From NCBI GenBank assembly GCA_013416795.1, contig RQSC01001393.1:76519-94950 (forward strand): a stretch of DNA of 18,432 nt, read 5' to 3'. The notes under the pieces were generated by a model. That model was given only the letters and a program-made list of their open reading frames with translations. It was not told the DNA's origin and did no database searches. Each line of letters opens with the position of its first letter. Position 1 is the stretch's first letter. Source of the DNA: Prasinococcaceae sp. CCMP 1430 (taxonomy: Eukaryota; Plantae; Prasinodermophyta). Of the stretch, positions 1 to 6,988 are shown in pieces. The translations under genes were made by a program, and so were the position numbers.

Positions 1-117
1 GACCGCGCGCGCGGCGCTGCGGCGCGAGCGCGCGGCGATCGCGCGCGGAGTGGGATCGGAGGGAGGGACGGAAGGCGTGGGCGGCGGCTCAGCGCGAGGG
101 CGGACCCGTCCGTCGGG

Positions 118-1257
118 ATGCTGGGCCTGCTGATCGCGGCGGGCGCCGCCTATGCCGCGGAGGAGCTCGACCTGCGCCCGGCGGCGGCCGCGGTGCTCGC
201 GATGGTCGCCACCAAGGCGGTGCGGGTCGTCTTCGGCCGCGGCGGCCGCGCCAGCTCGGCCGCCGCCGAGAAGGCGGCCGTGGCGGCCGCGAAGAAGGCG
301 GACAGCGCGAAGTGGGTGGCCGAGCTGCGCGCCGATCCCTCTTTCGAGCGCGTCGAGCTGCCCGAGTGGGGGGGCGGCGCGGCCGGCGTGAGGTCGCGCA
401 AGGACGCCGGCTTCAAGGGCTTCGACCTGTGCCACAGCGACGACTCGCCTGCCAGGGTGCTCGAGTACCACTTTGACGCGAAGGGGAAGCGGCTGGTAGG
501 CGTCGCGTACGCGACGACGCGCGCCGAGTCGCACAGTGGGTACGCCCACGGCGGCGCCGCGTGCTCGCTCGCGGACGACGCAGTCGGGCACAACGCGTTC
601 TGCGCGATGGGCGAGGCGTGGGGTGGCGCGACGGTCCAGGTGAACACGGCGCTCACGGCGGCCATCCCGGTGGACTCTCTGCTGCGCATCGACAGCCGCG
701 TCGAGCGCGTCGACGGGCGCAAGTACCACATCAGGGGCAAGCTTGAGAGCCCCGAGGGCGATACCGTCCATGCGACGTGGCAGGGCATGAGCATCGCGGC
801 GGACAAGAGCAAGCCCGCCCAGTCCGCCAACGGCAAATCGCAGGGATCGCCTGCGCCTGCGTCCGAGGCGTCGCCGTCGAAGAAGGAGAAGGGAAAGGCG
901 AAGGCGAACGGCGACGCCCAACCCGCTGCGAACGGCCACGCCAGACCCGCGGCGAACGGCGACGCCAAACCCGCGGCGAACGGCCACGCCGCACCTGCGG
1001 CGAACGGCCACGCCGCACCCGCAGCGCGCAACCCCCCGGCATCGGTCGCCCGCACGTCGACGGCATCTTCCTGGCGCGCGCCCTCCAGAAGTTGGGCGCA
1101 GTCGCCGACGACGTCGCAGTGGGGTAAGTGGGTGGAGAATGCGCTGAGCGCGCACGTGGACGCGCACGCCGCGTTCGTGGATCCGCGTGCCAGGGAGCAA
1201 CTACCGCCCTTGCCTGAGCTCAAGATGCCTCGCCTGAGCTCCATCTTCAATCTGTAG
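118..1257 (+). CDS. HotDog-fold acyl-CoA thioesterase (PaaI/THEM4-like) with hydrophobic N-terminus and low-complexity C-terminal tail, 379 aa
   Basis: Contains GYAHGGAACSLADDAVG (HGGxxxxLxD HotDog motif), followed by beta-strand-like GATVQVNTALTAAIP and RVERVDGRKYHIRGKLE. Single exon. The frame is open to the window edge with no earlier ATG. Confidence 0.8.
   Translation: MLGLLIAAGAAYAAEELDLRPAAAAVLAMVATKAVRVVFGRGGRASSAAAEKAAVAAAKKADSAKWVAELRADPSFERVELPEWGGGAAGVRSRKDAGFKGFDLCHSDDSPARVLEYHFDAKGKRLVGVAYATTRAESHSGYAHGGAACSLADDAVGHNAFCAMGEAWGGATVQVNTALTAAIPVDSLLRIDSRVERVDGRKYHIRGKLESPEGDTVHATWQGMSIAADKSKPAQSANGKSQGSPAPASEASPSKKEKGKAKANGDAQPAANGHARPAANGDAKPAANGHAAPAANGHAAPAARNPPASVARTSTASSWRAPSRSWAQSPTTSQWGKWVENALSAHVDAHAAFVDPRAREQLPPLPELKMPRLSSIFNL
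904..1023 (+). repeat. 24-bp coding tandem repeat x5, ANG[DH]A[QRKA]PA
   Basis: Five units read directly: gcgaacggcgacgcccaacccgct, gcgaacggccacgccagacccgcg, gcgaacggcgacgccaaacccgcg, gcgaacggccacgccgcacctgcg, gcgaacggccacgccgcacccgca. Confidence 0.95.
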
Positions 1258-1682
1258 CTGGGGCGGCCCGGCCTTCGCTTCGGGCCCCCAACCCTTTGCA
1301 CGCCGCGGCGTCGAGAGCCCCTGCATGTACGCCCACGGACCGCGCGGCGGCAACGTGTGCTACTGTACGCAGGCGTTGCCGCTGAGCGTGCCAAATGGTG
1401 GCCAACGAAGCCCATAGCCCGCTATAAAAAGGACTTCCGCCCGAGGGTCAAGTAGAGCCGCCGCTGCAGCGTGCAGTGCGGACTGCGGTGGTGGTGGTGG
1501 CGCGTGCAAGTAGCGCCGTGCCGTGCCCTCGTGCACGCGCGGCGGCGCGCCGCGAGCGAGGCGAGCGGGCGCGCTCTAGCTGCTCTGTACAGAAGGCGTC
1601 CGGGCCGGCGTCGTTTATGGAGGGGGCGGGCGCGGAGGTTGCCAGAAAGAATTGGGTGCCATGCTCGCACGGCGATATTAGG

Positions 1683-1685
<3 letters not shown>

Positions 1686-1722
<37 letters not shown>
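1686..1722 (+). repeat. Poly-G tract (G37)
   Basis: Direct count. Lies in the convergent intergenic region between the thioesterase and SLC6 genes. Confidence 0.9.
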
Positions 1723-1723
<1 letters not shown>

Positions 1724-1869
1724 AGCTCCTGTGGCGCGTCCGCAAGCGGTGGGTGGGGGTGGGGGTGGTGAGCGGGGGTTCGGAGGTCGCCTGTTCGCGC
1801 CGTTTTCGGCCGTGTTCCGGCGCCGCGCGCTGCCGAAAGTTGGCGCGCGCTTGTCAGGGCCGCGCCGCG

Positions 1870-3571
1870 TCAGTCGAGTAGCTCGTCGGCGGCGTACCCG
1901 TCGTCTTCTACCTCGGCGTCGTACAGCTCGTTCTTCGAGTTGAACCCGTACTCGGCTATCGAGCTCGCGCCCACCTCACTCGCGAGCTTGGCCTCGTCGC
2001 GCGGGGCCTTGAGAGGCTTGAACAGGCCGAGCGAGAGCAGGCCGACGCATATGAGGACGAGCAGCCAACCCATGAAGTTCGCCCACCACGGGTAGTCGCC
2101 GAAGGGGTCAATGAATTCGCGCACGAGGTTGAAAACGCCCAGGACGCCCACCACCGCCGGCGTCACGTACCGCACCATGAATTGGAACACCCGCGGGTAG
2201 GGGACGCTGGTGTGCTCCTCGATCTCGCGTGCGAGCCTGTCCATGTCGTACGTCCAGCCGACGAAGATGCACTCGGTCATGCCGATGATGACCAGCAGGA
2301 AGTCCGACAGGTAGTGGTCGAAGACGTCGAGCACGTGCGACCCGCCGTTGGTCGTCATGAGCAGACCGACGAGGAACCCGCCCGTGCAGACCATCGCCGT
2401 CGTGGCGCTCTTGTGCAGATTGCACCACGGCACGCGGTCGTACAGCACGGTGTTGAAAGCCTCGAGCAGCGAGAACGCCGAGGCGATGCCCAGGGTGAGC
2501 AGCATCGTGAAGAAGAGGAAGGCAAACAGCGGGCTGAGGGGCATGGTGTCGATCGCCGCGGGGAACACGATGAAGGCCAGGCCCGTGCCGCCCCGTACCA
2601 CGTCCGACACGCCGACGCCCTCAACGTTCGCAAGGTAGCCGATGACGCCGAACACCACCGTGCCCGCGAACACCGAGAAGCCGCAGTTGGAGAAGGCGAT
2701 GACCAGCGTGTTCGACTTGATGGGCGCGTCGCGCTCACAGAAGGAGCCGTAGGCGATCATGATGCCCTGCGCCAGCCCCAGCGAGAAGAAGATCTGCGAG
2801 ACGGCCTCGAGCCAGATCTCGCCCGACAGCAGCGCGCCGAAGTCCGGAACGAAGTACGCGTGCAGCCCCGCGCCCGCGCCATCGAGCGTCATCGCGCGCA
2901 CGAACAGGATGGCCATGATGAGAAACGGCAACGGCATCGTGTACGTGGCAGCCTTGCCGACGGTCTCCGTGCCGCCCCGCACGCACAGCCACATGACCGC
3001 CCAGTTGAGGAGCAGCGCGAGCGCGGGCTTCCACTGCACCGCGCCCAGCCCCGCGCTGAGCTCCCAGCACTCCATGCTCCCGCAAGGACACTCCTCCGAG
3101 CCCGCATCGCCCGCGGTGCACGGCACATCCGTCTGCATGCCGAGGAGGCCGTAGTAGAAGTCGACCGCGTTGCTGCGCCCCCCCGACCACGGAAGGTCCG
3201 CGCGCATCGAGTAGAAGAAATACAGCCACGCCCAGCACAGGATGACGTTGTAGTAGATGCAGATGATGAGCGACCCAAGCGCGCCCGCCGCACCGACTCC
3301 CCACGCGCGCGGGTGGACGATGCGCAGCGAGTCGAGCGCGCCGCGCTGCGTGAGCTGGCCGAGCGCCAGCTCGAGCATGAGCAGCGGCAGCCCAACCACG
3401 AACAGCGCGAACGCGTAGGGAAGCAGGAACGCGCCGCCGCCGTACTTGTACACCTGCGTTCGGGTGTGGATCGCAGGGCGGGGAGGATCGGGGTTGGGAG
3501 CGGGAGGAAGCGGGTGTGAGCTGCGAACAGGTGCGCAGCGGGCCCACGTGCGTTTGTGTGGGGTGGGGGAA

Positions 3572-3603
<32 letters not shown>

Positions 3604-3888
3604 CTCGCGCCTGCGCTTCGCGCGCAGAGCTGCGCGCGCGCGGGCGCGCGCTCCGCGCACCATGTAAGGAAACCGCCACACATTGCCTAGCCCAACGCAC
3701 GAGCCGATCGCCGCAAGCAGGAACGTCAGCCGCGAGCCCCACCGCGAGCGCTCCTCGGCCGCGCCTCCGCCTTTTTCGGCCGCGCCGCCGCCGCCGCCGC
3801 CCGCATCGCCAGCGCTGCTTCCATTGCCCGCGAAGAGCGCGCTAGCGTCGCTGTCGCCTCCGCCCATTCCATCCTCCTCGTCGAGCAT
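1870..3888 (-). CDS. SLC6/NSS sodium-dependent amino-acid transporter (LeuT fold), 603 aa after splicing; exons 3888-3661 and 3453-1870
   Basis: Motifs RWGSRLTFLLAAIGSCVGLGNVWRFPY, YGGGAFLLPY, EAVSQIFFSLG and GTGLAFIVFP. Removing intron 3454-3660 (GTGCGC...CAG, 207 nt, in frame) joins FPYM|VYKYGGG. Confidence 0.95.
3454..3660 (-). other. Spliceosomal intron of the SLC6 gene, containing a C32 tract (G32 on + strand at 3572-3603)
   Basis: GT-AG ends, low-complexity translation, and restores the conserved TM1-TM2 motif when removed. Confidence 0.9.
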
Positions 3889-4102
3889 CGCCGCCGGCCA
3901 CGCGAGGGCCGTGTGCGCGCGCGCGCGTGTGTCTCTGTGTGTGTTTCTATGTTGGGCAGGTGAGTGGATCGATGGATGGGTTGTTGAGCGCGCCGGTGCA
4001 CAGCCCGTGGCCGGCCGCGCCGCGCCGCGCCCCGCGCCCGGGGGTGCGCAGCCTGCAACCGGCGGCCTCGAATCCCTCCCCTAACCCCTCGCAAGGGAGG
4101 AT

Positions 4103-4117
4103 GGGGGGGGGGGGGGG
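4103..4117 (+). repeat. Poly-G tract (G15)
   Basis: Direct count. Upstream of the SLC6 start codon. Confidence 0.9.
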
Positions 4118-4503
4118 AGAGGGCGCGCGGGCGCGCTCTGGCGCCCGCCCCGCCGCCGCAAGCGATTCGCCGCCGCCGCCCCCCTCGGCGCCCCTTTTTC
4201 CCCTCGCGAATTTCCGCCGATTTTCCAACGCGAAATTCAAAATCTATCTTTTTTTCTCGCGCGGGCCCGGCGCGCTCCGGCCCCCCCACCCGTTCCCCGC
4301 CCCCCTCATCAGCGTCATATCTGTTTGCATTGCCTGCGTTTCTCACTTTTTTGTGTACGAAACAAATAGCATACACATTGATGTACGATATACCCACGGG
4401 CGATCACGCCCGTTTCGGGGCGCGCCGCGGTTCCCCCGCGCGCGCGGAGCGAATCCGCGCGCGCGCGCGCGGGCGCCCTTTGGGGTTTGCGCGCGCGCCT
4501 GCG

Positions 4504-4608
4504 NNNNNNNNNNNNNNNNNNNNNNNNNNNNNNNNNNNNNNNNNNNNNNNNNNNNNNNNNNNNNNNNNNNNNNNNNNNNNNNNNNNNNNNNNNNNNNNNN
4601 NNNNNNNN
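4504..4608. other. Assembly gap (105 N)
   Basis: Run of N. The true gap length is unknown. Confidence 1.
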
Positions 4609-4883
4609 GGGAGGGAGGGCGGCGGCGCGACGCGACGCGCCCATCAAAACGCCTCGGAGGCGCGCGGCGGCGCGCGGCACATCGACGCGAGTGCGACGCG
4701 TTCGCGCGCGCGCCGCGATGACTCTCCCGTGTGTGGTATATTCGAATGTTACAGTGGTACTGTAAGAAGCTCCTTACTTCATCCCTTGCACTGCACTACC
4801 AGTGACGGCATTGGTATCATAGCATCGGGGGCTCTTTTTGGACGACGGCCGCCCCTGCGTTCGGCCGCGGGGTCGCGCGCGCC

Positions 4884-6764
4884 GTGGCGCGGATAGATAA
4901 GGCGCCACACCTCCGGGCCAGGGCGCGCGGGCGGCCGGCGTGCCACACGCGCGAGGAGACCGAGTGTGGGGAGGACCGAGCCGCCGACGCTGGCGACTTG
5001 GACGCGGCCGACGGGAGCGTGTGCTCGCGGCTCGACAGCCTCAACGAGCGCATCGACAAGTCGCTCGAAAACGTCACCGCGGCCGTGCAGGCGACCAACA
5101 GGGTGGTCAGGGAGATGCGCGACCGCCCCAAGCTACCCACGGAGCGGAGCCTGGCCGCCCAGCGGCACGCCCGCGAAATGCACCTCCGAGAGGAGGGCAT
5201 CCGCCGGCAGGAGCGCTTCGAGGAGCTCCGGAAGCGAGCGCAGCACCAGCAGGTGCAGGCCCAGATACTGAAGCAGCACTTGCACGCCCAGCGCGAACGC
5301 GTGCAGAGCATGCGCTCGCAGTTCGCGATCAAGCTGCGAGCGAAGACCACGCTGCCGGAGCCGACGGCGAGCAACGGCGAAAAAATGCCGCCGAACGGCG
5401 CAGACGCCGCCCGCGCCGCCGGCGGCGAGCAGCTGCCATCGGGCGCCAACGGCGCCGCCCAGGCAGCCAACGGCGCCGCCAAGGCTGCCAACGGCGCCGC
5501 CAAGGCTGCCAACGGCGCCGCAAAGCCAGCCAACGGCGCCGCCCAGGCAACCAACGGCGCGCGGCCGCAGCGGGGCGGTCCGGACGCGTCGCCGCGCGGA
5601 AGCGACAACGGGGTGAGCGTGGTGGAGGAGCACTGCGGGGAGTGCCACCCCGGCGCGCTCTGCTGCACCGAGCAGATCGCACACTTCGACGAGGCGAGCG
5701 GCGTTGCGACGGTGCGCTTTACCACGACCGTGCGCTCCACTGCGCATGCCGGAGACCGGTACGTGGTGGGACTGGAGGCGCAGAACCGCCACCGCGCGCT
5801 GTCCCCAGAGGATGCCATGACGCTCGCGATGCAGACGCTCGCCGAGGAGGCAGACAAGGGCACCATGGAGCGCGCTGCCAACGCCCCGCCGACCAGGACC
5901 GCGCGAGAGCGGCACCGCGACATCGTGCGCGTCCTTGGATCGGGCAAGATCATCGGCGCGGTCCCGACCGACCCCCCGTCCGAGTTTGGGCACATCTCAT
6001 ACAAGGTTCGCATCAAGGACCGCCTGTCGTCTCGCGTGGTGACGGCGCTCTTCAAGCCGCGCGTGCCGGGGGACGACGCAGGGTGGCACCGATCGCCCAT
6101 CGAATGGGTGGCGTACGAACTCAACCTGCTGCTTGGGCTAGATGTGGTCCCACCGGTCGCGCTCAGGTGCGACGTCCACGTCGACGACAAGCATTGGTAC
6201 GAGGGCGCCTTCATCTACTTGGTCGAGCACAACAACCACGTCGATGGCGCGTCCGATTCCTCCTCTGAGAGCGACAGCGACGGCGGCCACCACCACCACG
6301 GAGGTGGCGGCGTCTCCGTCCTCAGGGACGTCCCCCAGGAGGATTGGGGCATCGGGGTTGACCACTTGCTCAGCGACACGCGCATACTGGACGTGCTCCT
6401 CCAGAACTCAGACCGGCACCACGGCCACCTCCTGTTCGGTCCGCACTGGTGCAAGACCAAGGAGGACGGGTCAGCGGCGATGGTGCCGTTCCTGATCGAC
6501 CACGCCGCCGGGTTCAGGCCGGAAGCGTACGTCGCGCTGGATCAGGAGAACGCCTTCCAGACCGGTGCGGTCGAACGCATTTCCGCCTCGACGTACCTGC
6601 GCCTGCGCTTCCTGCACCCGGGCGTGCTCAAGAAAACCTTTGGAGGCGTGTTGACGGGCCGCGAGCTCCAACTACTGCAGGCGCGCCGTGACGGGCTGCT
6701 CGCGTACTTCGACCGGAGGGTCGAGGAGCACGGCCTCGATGCGGTGGTGTTCGACGATCGATGA
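4884..6764 (+). CDS. Protein with N-terminal coiled coil, NG repeats and C-terminal atypical kinase domain (PI3/4K-like / actin-fragmin kinase / Fam20-like fold); 5' end uncertain
   Basis: Kinase-like motifs ALFKP (6051), EWVAYELNLLLGLDVVPP, EGAFIYLV, LDVLLQNSDRHHGHLL (6411) and FLIDH (6495). The ORF-track start at 4884 is GTG; the first in-frame ATG is at 5115. Confidence 0.7.
   Translation: MARIDKAPHLRARARGRPACHTREETECGEDRAADAGDLDAADGSVCSRLDSLNERIDKSLENVTAAVQATNRVVREMRDRPKLPTERSLAAQRHAREMHLREEGIRRQERFEELRKRAQHQQVQAQILKQHLHAQRERVQSMRSQFAIKLRAKTTLPEPTASNGEKMPPNGADAARAAGGEQLPSGANGAAQAANGAAKAANGAAKAANGAAKPANGAAQATNGARPQRGGPDASPRGSDNGVSVVEEHCGECHPGALCCTEQIAHFDEASGVATVRFTTTVRSTAHAGDRYVVGLEAQNRHRALSPEDAMTLAMQTLAEEADKGTMERAANAPPTRTARERHRDIVRVLGSGKIIGAVPTDPPSEFGHISYKVRIKDRLSSRVVTALFKPRVPGDDAGWHRSPIEWVAYELNLLLGLDVVPPVALRCDVHVDDKHWYEGAFIYLVEHNNHVDGASDSSSESDSDGGHHHHGGGGVSVLRDVPQEDWGIGVDHLLSDTRILDVLLQNSDRHHGHLLFGPHWCKTKEDGSAAMVPFLIDHAAGFRPEAYVALDQENAFQTGAVERISASTYLRLRFLHPGVLKKTFGGVLTGRELQLLQARRDGLLAYFDRRVEEHGLDAVVFDDR
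5445..5561 (+). repeat. 21-bp coding tandem repeat x5.5, ANGAA[QK][AP]
   Basis: Units of gccaacggcgccgcc(c/a)aggc(a/t) type start at 5445, 5466, 5487, 5508 and 5529, with a partial unit at 5550. Confidence 0.95.
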
Positions 6765-6877
6765 GCGCGTGGTGCGCCGACCGCCGTCTGACTCGACTGC
6801 CGCATTTGCGCGCGAACCTTCGATGCCACGCTGGCGGGCGTCGGCACATACATACACTGTACTGTATTGTTCGCAGC

Positions 6878-6888
6878 AATAAACCCTA
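6878..6888 (+). promoter_or_regulatory. AATAAA overlapping a telo-box (AAACCCTA) in a convergent 3' region; candidate polyadenylation element
   Basis: The sequence aataaacccta lies 114 nt after the kinase stop codon in a low-GC stretch. Function is inferred only. Confidence 0.3.
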
Positions 6889-6988
6889 CGCATCTGATAA
6901 AAGTGATTCGGTACAGAGATTTGGCGCGGGCAGCGCAGCGGCCCGCCGAGGCGCGCGAACGCGGACGCCGGCCGGCACTACCTGCGCC

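Noticed and set aside
904-1023. CRISPR-like reading of the 24-bp and 21-bp repeats
   Set aside because: The units are directly adjacent with no spacers, are in frame within eukaryotic CDSs, and there are no cas genes.
1124-1129. GTAAGT consensus splice donor in the thioesterase tail
   Set aside because: The ORF reads through to a normal stop at 1257, and I found no convincing acceptor or downstream exon.
4396-4465. Helitron 3' end or transposon terminus
   Set aside because: No CTRR terminus, TIR partner, target-site duplication or transposase sequence is visible.
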